This document shows positions 49,832 to 64,000 of a stretch of DNA of 64,000 nucleotides, piece by piece. The notes beneath the pieces are model-generated. The model did not search any database, was not told the origin of the DNA, and saw only the letters and a program-made list of their open reading frames with translations. The stretch lies in assembly GCA_009103225.1 (NCBI GenBank), contig RHPI01003129.1, positions 1 through 64,000 of the forward strand, written 5' to 3'. A program made the position numbers and the translations under genes. Each line of letters opens with the position of its first letter. Positions within the stretch are counted from its first letter, which is position 1. The stretch comes from Chlorokybus atmophyticus (lineage: Eukaryota; Plantae; Mesostigma and Chlorokybus algae).

Positions 49832-51007
49832 ATGGAAGAAAACTCGGTGCCCACCTCAAAAGGGGAGAGCTCAGAAAAAGAGCAACTTTCCCGTGAGGAG
49901 GAATTTCCATCCATGGAAGATATTCCGAATCCGGATGATGCACCTGATGAGTCTCAAGCTGCTAAAGCTGCGGAAGCTTCAGTGGATGATAGATCACCTT
50001 CTATATTCCCTGAGTTTTCTATTCGCATGACACAGCAGGACTTGATGGAGCATTTCCTTAGCACCTATGATCAGGACCCTCGTGAGGCAATTGTCTCATT
50101 CGTGAACTTTCTCTTCCTATTGGCAGAAAAAGTTTCAAAGCTCACCACCTTTATGGGGCGAGATTGGGAGGGGCAGATGGGTGAAGGCAAACGTGTTCTG
50201 AATATGATCGAGCGTCTGCAGCGTGCTGACGGTGGTCCACCTGTTCAAGCACTTGCTCGTCCTGCCGAGTTTGTTCCCAACAAGCAAGCGGCCATCTTCG
50301 ACTGGCTTGTGAAGTTGCGACACTATGTCAACTCCCTTCACATTTCTGAGGAGGGGAAATTGCGTGTAGCTGAGTTGCTGATCCCAAACGATGCTTTGGC
50401 AGAGTGGTACCGCCGTAAGCAACGGGATACCAACCTCGGGCGGGAAGTAAATCAGTTGTGCTTTTTCATGGAGCAGCGCTATGGTGGCGCAGATCCTGCC
50501 CAGGTTGCTCGCAACCAGCTGCACAACCTGCGTCAGAACGGGCGTCCGGTTCAGCAGTATATCCAGGATTTTCAGTCGTTTGTCAGCAAGATCAATGCTG
50601 GCAAACTACCTATCAGTGATGCTGATCAGCTGGATATGTTCAGGCGTGGCTTGGACACAGATCTCGTGCAGCATGTGGCCGTCAACCCCGCGAGTTTGCA
50701 AGAGTGGGCCTCGACGGATTTACCAATGCTGATGCAGATGGTTGCTGCTGTGGACAGTGTAAAACGCTCTCACGCCAACATGCAAACCACGGCAAAAGAG
50801 GCAGCCCCGGTTTCAGCTGCAAAGCGCCCGGCCACTGGCAACAAACCTTTTGTGAAAAAGGCGAAACCATCTCATCCTGCTGGCCCCTACAATGCGGCCA
50901 AATCCATCATCACTTGCAGTTTCTGCAAGAAGACAGGTCATGGGGAGGCTACGTGCTATGCAAAACAGAATGCACAGAAGGCCAAGCAGCAGAGAGAAAA
51001 GAAATAG
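49832..51007 (+). CDS. gag: Gag (391 aa) with CCHC zinc knuckle
   Basis: Open ORF; retrotransposon-gag-like LRQNGRPVQQYIQDF; CSFCKKTGHGEATC. Confidence 0.93.
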   Translation: MEENSVPTSKGESSEKEQLSREEEFPSMEDIPNPDDAPDESQAAKAAEASVDDRSPSIFPEFSIRMTQQDLMEHFLSTYDQDPREAIVSFVNFLFLLAEKVSKLTTFMGRDWEGQMGEGKRVLNMIERLQRADGGPPVQALARPAEFVPNKQAAIFDWLVKLRHYVNSLHISEEGKLRVAELLIPNDALAEWYRRKQRDTNLGREVNQLCFFMEQRYGGADPAQVARNQLHNLRQNGRPVQQYIQDFQSFVSKINAGKLPISDADQLDMFRRGLDTDLVQHVAVNPASLQEWASTDLPMLMQMVAAVDSVKRSHANMQTTAKEAAPVSAAKRPATGNKPFVKKAKPSHPAGPYNAAKSIITCSFCKKTGHGEATCYAKQNAQKAKQQREKK

Positions 51008-51010
51008 GAA

Positions 51011-54000
51011 TTGTCCGTGGTTGGTAGCTTAGTCGAGCAGAACGACTTTAAAAACTCTGTACTTCTTGATAAAGTTTCCTCTCTTTGCGATGTATCAGAT
51101 GTATGGACTGATATGAGCACACCACCTGTGTTGAGAAATGCAAACGGTTGTGTTTTAATCAATGTTCCATTCTCTGAATTAGTAACTGCTGTTAAGCACT
51201 TACACGAGTTGCAATTACAACATGCTGTCACTGCATGTGTAGTTATCCCTCGATATCATGGCCCGTGGTCGCGATTGTTGAAAGGGGGAGAAGTAATCAT
51301 GCAACTCTCACGCAAAGATACAGGAGCTTCACCATTGCAAGTGATCTTTATCAAGTCTGCTACCAATCACGGCACTCCGACATTAGCTACATTTGATGGT
51401 CACTCAGTGCCACTCAAATGGAGATTTGAGAGTCAACTTATGGGTACACCATGTACAGCATTGATTGATACTGGTGCAAACCATAACTTTGTTGAACATG
51501 CTTGGGTGAAACGTAATAACATTCCTTTCACACCAGTCACGTCATATGTACGTGCTGCTGGTTCCACTCTCAATGCAATGGGAGAGGTAAAAGGGCGTTT
51601 TGTTATTAATGGCCATATAACCCGACCAGCCTTCATCGTGGTGGATATTGGTATCCCCGGGGTGGATGTTGTTTTAGGGGAACAATGGCACACTGAAGCA
51701 GGTTTACAATTAGACTCTCGAGCCAATACGTGCACCCTTCGTAAAGGGAAACGTAGGATGACTTTAACAGCATCTGTACTCGCACGTATACCACGCGATA
51801 ATGTTCCGCTCCTCTCTGCTATGCAATTGAAACGTTGCATGCGTAAACGTGAGGAAGTATACTTACTGCACTTACGACAGGTGGAAACACCTGCTGAACA
51901 GGCTATCAGTGACCCTGTGGTGCAGTCACTTACGGAACAATACGCAGATGTATTTCAGGATGAACTCCCAGAGTTGCCTCCCGATCGAAACATACATCAT
52001 ACCATTCCGTTAGAGGAGGGGGCAAAGCCACCTTGGCGGCCTATATACAGGCTAAGTCCCTTAGAACACGCGGAGATGGAAAAACAGCTCAAAGAGTTAT
52101 TGGACAAAGGTTTAATAACAAAGAGCATATCTCCTTTTGGTGCACCAATTTTGTTTGTGCCCAAAAAGAATGGCAAGCTACGCATGTGTATTGATTACCG
52201 TGCGTTGAACAAGGTCACTGTGAAAAACAGATACCCTTTGCCTCGGATTGATGATTTGTTTGATAAGCTGTCAGGTGCAACAGTGTTCAGCACGCTGGAT
52301 TTGACCAGTGGTTATCATCAAATCAAAATCCACCCGTCGGATATACAAAAAACTGCATTTCGCACCCCACTAGGACACTTTGAGTATAAAGTGTTACCAT
52401 TTGGGTTAACAAATGCACCGGCTACATTTCAGACAGCAATGAACGCGGTATTTGCTGATGAATTGTACAAGTTTGTACTGGTATATCTAGACGACATTAT
52501 TGTGTTCAGCAAAACCCGGGAGGACCACCACAAGCATGTGGAATTGGTTCTAGCTAAGTTACGCGAACACAAATTCTATGCCAACCTGTCCAAATGCAAC
52601 TTTGCAAAGGATGAACTACCCTTTTTAGGGCATGTGATTGGCAAAGAAGGATTGAAACCAGATCCTCAGAAGGTGTGTGCGGTAAAGGATTGGCCACCAC
52701 CCAAGGATGTACATCAGTTACGTGCTTTCTTGGGGCTAGCCAATTATTTCCGCAAGTTCATGCGAGCATATTCTGGCATGGCAAATCCTTTAACATCTTT
52801 ACTAAGAAAAGATGTTAAATTTGTGTGGACGGAGGCACACGAGGTTGCTTTTACACGCATTAAAGATGCATTAACACAAGCCCCTGTGTTAGCCTTCCCC
52901 GACCACACCAAGCCTTTTGTGGTGATCAGTGATGCTTCCACCATTGGGTGTGGGGCAGTCCTTCTACAAGATGACAGACCATGTGCATATGAAAGCAGAA
53001 AGTTCATTCCTGCTGAACGTAATTACACAACCACTGAGCAGGAATTGCTCGGGGTGGTGCACGCGCTGCGCACATGGCGTTGCTACTTGGAAGGGGTGGA
53101 GTTTTCAGTGATTACTGATCACAACCCGCTCACATTCTTTCATACGCAACAAAATCTGTCGAGGCGGCAAGCTAGGTGGAATGAATTCATTTCTCGTTTC
53201 ACTTTCACTTGGCAATACCGTCCGGGTCGCACCAATGTGGCGGATCCACTAAGTCGCAGCCCTGCTCTTTTGGCACTTACGCGCTCTCGAAGTACGCGTA
53301 ATGTACAACAGCCTGAAGATCCTTTCTTAAAGGAAGTGTCCACAGGTTATAACTCAGATGATTGGTTTAGCAGTCAAACCAACTTGCAACAGCTTACTGC
53401 TGTTAGCAATCTGTGGTATAAAGGGGAGCAGTTGGCAATTCCCAACTCGGGCGACTTGCGTAAGCAATGCTTACATTCAGTGCATGACCCGCCGTATGCT
53501 GGGCATTTGGGGAAACACAAAACACTCAAATCTGCGCAACAGTTATACTGGTGGCCGTCAATGTCAGCTGACGTGGATCAATATGTTCGCACATGTGACG
53601 TGTGTCAACGTAATAAGCCACTACGACAAAAACAAGCGGGATTGCTTAAACCATTGGCAATTCCAGAACAAAAGTGGGATAGTGTCAGTATGGATTTGAT
53701 TACTGACCTACCTGAAACAGCAGCTAAATACACTGCTATTGTGGTTTTTGTCGACCGTTTGACTAAAATGGTGCATTTTGCCCCGTGTTGCACAACTGTA
53801 AGTGCACGGGACTTGGCACACTTATTTGTGTCCACGGTCTTTCGCGTTCACGGTATACCGCGTGAACTTGTCACAGATCGTGATCCTCGTTTTGTCTCCA
53901 AGTTTTGGCGAGAAGTCTGTGAATTGTTGGGGGTAAAACAAAGCATGTCGACTGCTTTCCACCCGCAAACGGACGGTCAAACTGAGCGAGCAAATCAAAT

Positions 54001-54739
54001 ACTGGAAGAAATGCTTCGCCACTATGTGGCTCCTAATCATGCTGATTGGGACAGGTACTTGCCAATGGCAGAGTTCGCTGTGAACAACGCGTGGCAAGAA
54101 AGTGTAAAGGAAACCCCATTTTTCTTAAATTATGGGATTCGCCCAAACACACCAGCGTCATTGCGTGTACCTCGCAATGCCCTGACTGTGCCAGCGGCAA
54201 AGGAATTTGCCACTAATATGCAAGAAAATTTGGCTCGAGCCAAGCTGTGTCTGTCAGAAGCACAGGACAGGCAAAAAGCTTATGCTGATACACATCGAAA
54301 AATGGCCACTTTCGATGTCGGCGATAAAGTTTTGCTTAATGCAAAAAACATAACCATCAAAGGTACGGGTGCTCGCAAGTTGCTGCCCCGATGGTTAGGT
54401 CCTTTCTCTATCACTGATAGAGTTGGTACGCACGCTTATCGACTGCAATTGCCCCCAAGTGTGCGTATACACAACGTGTTTCATGTAAACTTGTTGAAAC
54501 CTTACCGCTCAGACGGTAGAACACAGCCTCCACCACCGCCAATTGAGGTGGACAGCGAGCTCGAATACGAGGTGGAAGCTATATTGAACCATAAGCTAAA
54601 TGGTCGAGGACGCGCAACTCGCTATTTGGTGAAATGGAAAGGGTATGGCCCGGAACATAACAGTTGGGAGCCCGACAGGCATCTTACGCACTGCCGCGAG
54701 TTGCTTCGAGCTTATTGGGATTCATGTCCTGTCCCATAA
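51011..54739 (+). CDS. pol: Pol: Dam-like module, aspartic protease, RT, RNase H, integrase, chromodomain
   Basis: 1242 open codons in the same frame as gag after one TAG, with no ATG at its start. LIDTGA; YLDDI; SDAS; GHLG...C..C; SMDLIT; WLGPF; YEVEAIL...YLVKWKGYGPEHNSWEP. Confidence 0.96.
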   Translation: MSVVGSLVEQNDFKNSVLLDKVSSLCDVSDVWTDMSTPPVLRNANGCVLINVPFSELVTAVKHLHELQLQHAVTACVVIPRYHGPWSRLLKGGEVIMQLSRKDTGASPLQVIFIKSATNHGTPTLATFDGHSVPLKWRFESQLMGTPCTALIDTGANHNFVEHAWVKRNNIPFTPVTSYVRAAGSTLNAMGEVKGRFVINGHITRPAFIVVDIGIPGVDVVLGEQWHTEAGLQLDSRANTCTLRKGKRRMTLTASVLARIPRDNVPLLSAMQLKRCMRKREEVYLLHLRQVETPAEQAISDPVVQSLTEQYADVFQDELPELPPDRNIHHTIPLEEGAKPPWRPIYRLSPLEHAEMEKQLKELLDKGLITKSISPFGAPILFVPKKNGKLRMCIDYRALNKVTVKNRYPLPRIDDLFDKLSGATVFSTLDLTSGYHQIKIHPSDIQKTAFRTPLGHFEYKVLPFGLTNAPATFQTAMNAVFADELYKFVLVYLDDIIVFSKTREDHHKHVELVLAKLREHKFYANLSKCNFAKDELPFLGHVIGKEGLKPDPQKVCAVKDWPPPKDVHQLRAFLGLANYFRKFMRAYSGMANPLTSLLRKDVKFVWTEAHEVAFTRIKDALTQAPVLAFPDHTKPFVVISDASTIGCGAVLLQDDRPCAYESRKFIPAERNYTTTEQELLGVVHALRTWRCYLEGVEFSVITDHNPLTFFHTQQNLSRRQARWNEFISRFTFTWQYRPGRTNVADPLSRSPALLALTRSRSTRNVQQPEDPFLKEVSTGYNSDDWFSSQTNLQQLTAVSNLWYKGEQLAIPNSGDLRKQCLHSVHDPPYAGHLGKHKTLKSAQQLYWWPSMSADVDQYVRTCDVCQRNKPLRQKQAGLLKPLAIPEQKWDSVSMDLITDLPETAAKYTAIVVFVDRLTKMVHFAPCCTTVSARDLAHLFVSTVFRVHGIPRELVTDRDPRFVSKFWREVCELLGVKQSMSTAFHPQTDGQTERANQILEEMLRHYVAPNHADWDRYLPMAEFAVNNAWQESVKETPFFLNYGIRPNTPASLRVPRNALTVPAAKEFATNMQENLARAKLCLSEAQDRQKAYADTHRKMATFDVGDKVLLNAKNITIKGTGARKLLPRWLGPFSITDRVGTHAYRLQLPPSVRIHNVFHVNLLKPYRSDGRTQPPPPPIEVDSELEYEVEAILNHKLNGRGRATRYLVKWKGYGPEHNSWEPDRHLTHCRELLRAYWDSCPVP

Positions 54740-54873
54740 ACTGTGGGCTTGGTTTTATGACAGACTGGCAGTGCAGTTTCATTACCACCCTGTCATTTCC
54801 TGCTATCTCACTGGTTACAATTACTCGAAATCAAGCCTGATCAACTTGAGTTCAACGAGGACGTTGAAAACCT

Positions 54874-54886
54874 AAGTGGGGGGGAA
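54874..54886 (+). promoter_or_regulatory. Polypurine tract
   Basis: AAGTGGGGGGGAA immediately before the 3' LTR. Confidence 0.85.
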
Positions 54887-55412
54887 TGTAACGGGAGCAA
54901 TAATAATAGGGGTATTATTGCTACCTGAATAACACATTTGGTATGAATAAGTATTTAAATATGCTTATTTATACCTCTTTTCTACGGTTCCTCGCTTATT
55001 AAAGGCTATGATGCTTTATCATAGCTTAAATAAGTCCCAATGGGTGTAGAACCGCTTATTCAAGCCTATTTAGTGTCACATTCGATATAATGTGATCACT
55101 ATCTCGTTAGGTACCTTACGATAGGTATCTTTGGATAGGTACCTTATCGATAGGTACCTTATCTGAGCTGTGATTGGCTCACGCTAGATTTCCTAACTAC
55201 CCTATCTGTAGGGTCGATATCTAGTTGTGAGTTAATTATCGAGAGTTGTATAGTTGATATACTCTTGATATAAAAGGTCACATCAATCTGATGTGGGGAC
55301 TTTCAGTTCTCTGCTCAGTGGCGGCCACGCCGTCGAAAGGCTTGTCATAGGCGGTGTGGGTGTTGGGGTAGAGGATTGAAGGGGCATCACCGGCGACGGT
55401 GGTGCTGTTACA
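54887..55412 (+). repeat. 3' LTR
   Basis: Near-identical to 48391-48916. Confidence 0.97.
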
Positions 55413-55969
55413 GCGCGTGACGCGTGGCAAAAGTCGTGACGCGCGTGATGAGTAGGGTGATAGGCAAAGTGTGACACGCGATCAGCGTGACGAGAGTGAA
55501 GGCGCAGTGGTCGTGACGTGACGTGACACGCGTGACGTGATGGGTGTGATGGGTGTGATGAAACCGCACTTATACCATAATTATGCTCTCCTGGCACCCA
55601 AGCATGATATTCTTTTAGACGTCAAGAGATTTACCCTGCTAAGAGCAAAAGACATCGGAGGATAAGCGGTATGCTCTTAAAGGGGGTATATTGTATACAC
55701 TTATATAACATCCTCATCTACCTTCCCATCACACAACCCAAATGACATTCTTGTCTTAATATGCCTTTATAAGCATATGCAACTACCTCATGCCTACAAC
55801 CAGCCCACAATCTGGTATTGCCCTGCATAATGTCGTATCTTATGACAATCGCTCTATACATGTTATAAAATAATAAAGGTGCATCACGCAAAGAGTGTTA
55901 CCAATATACACACAACCATATACATATATATATATAATAAAGGTGTATTACGCAAATAGTTTTATTAAT

Positions 55970-55971
55970 GT

Positions 55972-56019
<48 letters not shown>

Positions 56020-56070
56020 ATACATACATATATATATACATACATATATATATATATGTGTGTGTGTGTG
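55970..56070. repeat. Compound (AC)/(AT)/(GT) microsatellite
   Basis: Directly visible. Confidence 0.85.
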
Positions 56071-56807
56071 AGCGTATGTATATGTGTGCGCGGGCGCGAG
56101 TGTATATATGTATATTTCAAAAACGAATAAAAAGCCCCGCTGAAATCAGCAAAAAGCTTATTTGAAGCAGGAGTAAACCAATCATACAGGGTGAGAGCGA
56201 GCGTAAATGAGAATGCCACCAGACATAAGTGCACTATGCAGCGTAACTTGTTGAAACAGTATTGCAATAGCTGTTTCCACTCCTTGACCGCAACAATGAT
56301 GCCTCAGCCTGATAAGCACAGCCATTCCACACCAGCGATGCACAATGCGTGACGCCCACATGCTACTTTGAGGCGCTCAAAACGAGCACTTCAGGCCGTA
56401 TTTCAACATTTTTCGACCTTCATAAAGCATGCAAGTTTACATCACTGGAAAGTGCTCGGCGAGAGCTTTCCAACGCACCCGCGAGCGCCTCAAGGTGACC
56501 TCGGGAGCTCAATTTCCCCTGGACCCAAAGTGGTGAGTTACGCTGGTCGCGTAACTCGGGGCGATTCACAACTGCAGTCACGCGCGCGTATCCGCAGCTG
56601 ACGCAACTGAAGTCCCCGCGGCGACTCAAGTGCAGGCCGCAATGGCTGGGGAAAGTAGCATGTGCCCGGTGCAAAATGGCATCAACGGCCGGGGCATTCT
56701 CTGGAGGTTGGGGCAGCGAACGCTAATCATGCGCATATCATAGGCATATCATAGGCATCAGCACCTTCACATGCACAAGTGCGTGCCGTGTGGCACGATT
56801 CGCTTAC

Positions 56808-57387
<580 letters not shown>

Positions 57388-58103
57388 CGCTCGCGCCGCA
57401 TGGGTGCGCAATGCAAGGTTTGTCGCCGTGCGTGCACCGTCATTCATAATGCGGTGCGTGACGAGGTGTTCAACCATAAAGTTTATTGTGATGGAGTCTG
57501 GCCTCACCGTCGGTTCCAAGCAATAGAGCATCATTATAAAACATTGCGCATCTGCGCCAAGAAGTCGCATGGCAAGTTGCAAGACTTGATGGATTCTAGC
57601 CGGAACACCGTGTCCCGGTTCGGCGAAGCGCTAGCTGCTGCTGGAAACCACCGTCACATCGTGTGGAGTTTGTACGGTGCGCAATGTGTGCAATCAAACG
57701 GCAAAACAATTAGCAACCACCTGTCATACGATTTAGATCATGTAGTGCCAATGCATACGTGTACACCGATATGGTGGCACTACACTGTTGATCATGTTCA
57801 CCAATGCACGCATCCAATCACCAACATGGTGATTGAATGCCTGCATTGTACTCACTTGTACACATACATGCAAAGGGTACAAGCAATCGTGCAACGCAGG
57901 CGAGTTGAAGCACAATATTGTGTGCCCTACTTATTGCCAGCTCCACTACACGCCAATAAATATACAAACATAACCATCATTGTATGTACACTTGTGCACA
58001 ATTTGCTTTATACACAACTTCTGGCTGGAATGGCTTGCCCACGAAAGGACACTACTCTAGCATGCGCATATGATATGGCTAGCACATGTATACTAGTTGC
58101 TAC

Positions 58104-59548
58104 TCAGTTGACGCCTTCAATATAGGCTCCAGAGCCATCCAGGACAAAGATAATAGCGTCAATGATCAATCTGCACACCGCACACCTCGCAATGGTAGCA
58201 GGGCCAGATGTCGTCTGCAGGTACTGGTGCGCGCACTCCGCATGGTAGAGGTGCATGCAGCTCACGCGGTGGGTCTGAAGATTAAGGAAGGCAATGACAC
58301 GGGCCGCGCTCTCATGCTGCTCAAAGAGCTTGTCGTGACAGATTGGGCACACTTCGTCCAGACACGCCTTCTGCACAGACTCGGAGCTATAGAGGTCTGA
58401 CGGGTGCCCCTGCATGCGCGGTGGTCATTTAGGGGTGCTTCTGTTGCACTGGAAGCATGGCGACGCTAGTGCAACAGATCAGGGTGACATACATGATGTG
58501 AATGCTGTTAACAGGCGCCTACCTCAAGTGGATGCTGCATTACAGCTAAGCACTGCAGCCGCAGGGCGCCAGGGTTGCCACGGGCTTGTGGCAGTCCGAC
58601 AAATTGTTGTCCACCGTCGGCATCATCATCGTCTCCAGCGGCCAGCAACAGCTGCTCAGTAGCATCGTAAAGAGCTTGCCGGCGGCGCCAGTTCTCCCAC
58701 ACCTGATCAAATTGTTAGCCTCTGCAGGAGGATGTCTGTCTAGCTCACTGCATGCACGAAAAGTTGATAAGCCATAGCTTCTACCTGCAGCGCTGCACGC
58801 GAGTACTTGTACACAGCCCAAGGAGTAGCAATGGCCGCCAAGGCAGGTGCCGCAGCGGGCATGAGGCAGCAGGCGCCGAATGCGATGGAGTACGAGACAG
58901 CACCGATGACCGCAGCATGGCTCGAGGCGCAGACAGTGTTGAAAACGGCGTCACCGGCAGACACCTGGCTTAGAGCAACGCCGTGCGCCTGGTCCAGTGC
59001 CACAATGCCACCAACCACGGCCGCGCAGCGCACGGCGGCGCCTTTCGCAAAGCCCAAGTTGCCATGATGGTGCTGTAAGTGACTTGGCCCGCCGTGCACG
59101 TGATCGCCGGTGGTGCCTGCAAGATGGTTATCGCCGAGTGTTGAGAGGCATGCATGGGGTACAGCAATCTGGTGTTAAGTGAGGCATAGCAGTTGCGGTG
59201 CTGGCAAGCGCTGACGCTCACCATGATGGTCGGCGTCAATGACAGCATCAGTATGGCTTGTGCTGTCGTGAGTCGCAGACGGATCATGGACAGGATGGCT
59301 GCTGTCGTGCTGGTTGTCGGCGAAAGCGTGATGCGCATCGTCTCGCGTTGCATCATGATGACCAATGCTTTGGTGTGCACCTAGCAGTATGCCAGGGGGT
59401 GATGATGTGCGTGGCATCAACCGCAACAGTAGCAATGCACCAGAGCGACGGCTATTGCCATCTGCAGTGATTGGACGGACTGGTTGAGACTTGCAATTGA
59501 CGGGCGACAGCACAAGCACGTGGGACGGGGGGGGGGGGGGGGGGGGGN

Positions 59549-59605
<57 letters not shown>

Positions 59606-59903
59606 TAACCTGCTAGTGTGCCGGAGGACTCAGGAGGGTTGCTGAGCATGAGGAAGTCCTGCGCCGCTGAAACGTCCACGTATAGCGGGTCCTGAGCGGC
59701 CAGAATGCAGAAGTAGACACCGCGGTCTGCATGCGCAATAGCCGGACAACCGGTGTCAGCAGCACGATGTTGCAAGTGTCAATGGCGCAACCAGATCACA
59801 TCATGCAAGGAAAGAAGAGAGCACATGCTCATGATAGGCGCAACGTGCACGCACCCAGCCACCAGACGCCGCTGAGGGCCCCCAGCGCTGCGACCACCGA
59901 CAT
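58104..59903 (-). CDS. His/Asp-rich, membrane-associated RING-H2 protein (~380 aa); 6 exons
   Basis: Exons 59903-59855, 59726-59610, 59380-59222, 59116-58785, 58702-58523, 58409-58104, all GT-AG and in frame (1143 nt). HHDATRDDAHH tract; hydrophobic AVIGAVSYSIAFGACCLMPAAAPALAAIA; CPIC...CMHLYHAEC...CAVC. Confidence 0.8.
59527..59602. repeat. Poly-G run containing one N, inside intron 2 of the minus-strand RING gene
   Basis: About 75 G; possibly a sequencing or assembly artefact. Confidence 0.8.
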
Positions 59904-60976
59904 GGCTGCTGTCGGCTAGTCGCAAGGGCAAGGAACGCGCCCGCCAGGCTGAGAATGCAGGGCGACAAGGAGTGCAACCAATGCGCGCAGCAGAGTGCTT
60001 CCTCCACACTCCTTTCTCCCTTCTCGCCGCCACTCACCATCGTATAGGCCTGTGAACTCTGCGCACGACGAAGTCCACGGAAGGTCCCAAAGCAGGCCAA
60101 TTCCCGCACATGGGTCCACACTCGGGTCCGCAGTCACCCGACTCTAAAGAAAGCCCTCCTTACAGGTCCCGCAAATGCAGCTGCTGCGTGGTAGCGGCTA
60201 CCTGATGCCCGGTAAAGGCGGTACGCTATGCCCTATCAGCTCAACCAAGCAGCGCATGTCCCAGGACCGGATGCCCCTCGCCAGCATGGCGACCTACCAT
60301 GGCATGATTGGCAAAGTCCCTCTGCACTGGGCGATACGGAAGCTGGCACCTTGTCAGAGCGAAGGGGGGGAAGCGCCCTCCTCAAAAGGGAGTACGGCAA
60401 CACGTGTCTGGTGTGGATTGGGACGCTTAGCGACATGCCCCTAAAGGGGCGCTTGACGTGTCGCGCTACGGGCGATGCGAGAATCAGTCAGGCCCCCGTG
60501 TAGGAGTGATACCTGCAGCAACGGACGGTGCGATCAATGCGATACACGTATTCGCCCACTCCCCCAGACGTGCGTCCGATTATATGCAACAAAGTCAGAC
60601 AACAATGTCAGAGCAGCGGCTGGCTAAGCTGGCATGAATTGCCTACGTGTGACCTAGGACGTCAAGACTTATAAGCACAGAACACTTGGTGTTCAAGTGT
60701 TGTTTGTGGCGGCTTGCTGTCGGTGTTCAGTCTCCACCGCATGAGTATCAGCCTGCCTGCTACGTTGCGGCTGGTGCATTGGTGGTAAGCGGAGGCCCAA
60801 GTGTGGGAAATCCCGTGCGTCCTGTGAGGTGAGCGCTGCGGCACCAGTGGTCCAACAATCTATGCCAGTGTGGGGTGGGAAGGGTGTGCATTCAGTTGTT
60901 GCCTCTGCATCTAGCACGCTGACGTTCTGTTGTCTGCCGCGTGTCAGCTGCTGCAACTGCCTGTCGGCCTCAGGCG

Positions 60977-63299
<2,323 letters not shown>

Positions 63300-64000
63300 G
63301 ATGAGCGCGAGTCACCTCAGCTCAAGCTCATGTACATTAGCATCCTAGGCTTTGTGTTGTGTTGGGCTCAACTTGATTTAGGTTGAGAGAAAGACAGCAT
63401 GTACCAGAGAATGGTTGTTGTAAATAGAAAGGAAGCCATGGCTTGTCGCAGCGCTGTAGCTATAGTGGTAAATACATTATTTTCCCTATCATAGTTGTTG
63501 GCCTGTTCGTGCCGGTGTGTGCTGCGTATGCGTTGGTAAGTTGTGTTTTAACTGTCATGTGTTGCGTGCTGTTCACCTTGTACGTTGCGAGTGTGTTTGT
63601 GTCTGTCTTTGGTTCACTAATGCTTCTTCGACGGTTTTTAGATATTGCATATAAAGTGATTTTATTGATGTGAAGGTCGGAAGCACCGCCTTGTTTAGCA
63701 TCATCAACATCTAGCTTGAATATAGCAATGTTCAAGTTGATACAAAGGACTTTTGTCTCTATCATTGTCATAACAAAACCGTTACTTCCCATGCGTCTTC
63801 ATGCTGAATAATTGAGTATCATCATGCATGTTGATAGTGCAAGCAACCGTGAATACTATAGCTATCAACATACATGTTGAAGTCATGTACATATCATACA
63901 CTTGACTTCCTGTCATCTGTACTTATGCAATGGTATACATGCTTGTGCTCCAGTGTGTAGCACACAAGCTGACTGGCAGCTCGCCACTTGCCCCAATAAT

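Larger units (their letters stand above)
48391..55412 (+). mobile_element. Young full-length chromovirus-type Ty3/Gypsy LTR retrotransposon (7022 bp)
   Basis: 526-bp TG...CA LTRs with 3 differences seen; TSD GCGCG at 48386-48390 and 55413-55417; PBS, PPT, open gag and open pol. Confidence 0.98.

Noticed and set aside
51005-51007. Alternative genetic code (TAR = Gln) as the explanation for the gag stop
   Set aside because: The 1242-codon pol and all reconstructed host exons have no internal TAA/TAG, and several genes end in TAA or TAG.
59417-59605. Polyproline ORF
   Set aside because: Translation of the poly-G/poly-C run within an intron.

Overview
Left end of a eukaryotic chromosome, starting with a (CCCTAA)n telomere. 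Splice signals, TE content and a DNMT-carrying Ty3 element suggest a green-lineage alga, but this is an inference. The window is a TE-rich subtelomere. Four spliced host genes could be reconstructed by hand: (1) a 9-exon secreted protein of four Cys-containing PKD/Ig-like repeats, 2.2 kb from the telomere; (2) a 5-exon secreted protein with a coiled coil and an apextrin-like C-terminus; (3,4) a head-to-head pair of paralogs, each with a His/Asp-rich tract, hydrophobic helices and a C-terminal RING-H2 finger. Mobile DNA comprises four Ty3/Gypsy copies and three pogo/Tigger remnants. The Ty3 copies are one young full-length chromovirus with TSD, one internally deleted copy with TSD, one 3' remnant and one decayed element. 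The strongest signal is methyltransferase cargo in the retrotransposons. The decayed Ty3 carries a full-length (pseudogenised) C5 cytosine methyltransferase domain upstream of RT plus a C-terminal PHD finger. The two chromovirus-type copies carry a degenerate Dam/N6-adenine-MTase-like module between Gag and protease, right after an in-frame stop. Other features are several unrelated perfect 15-24 bp hairpins, inverted minisatellite arrays, an interstitial telomeric tract, and assembly gaps or artefacts. All calls come from manual reading and motif recognition; no database searches were run.
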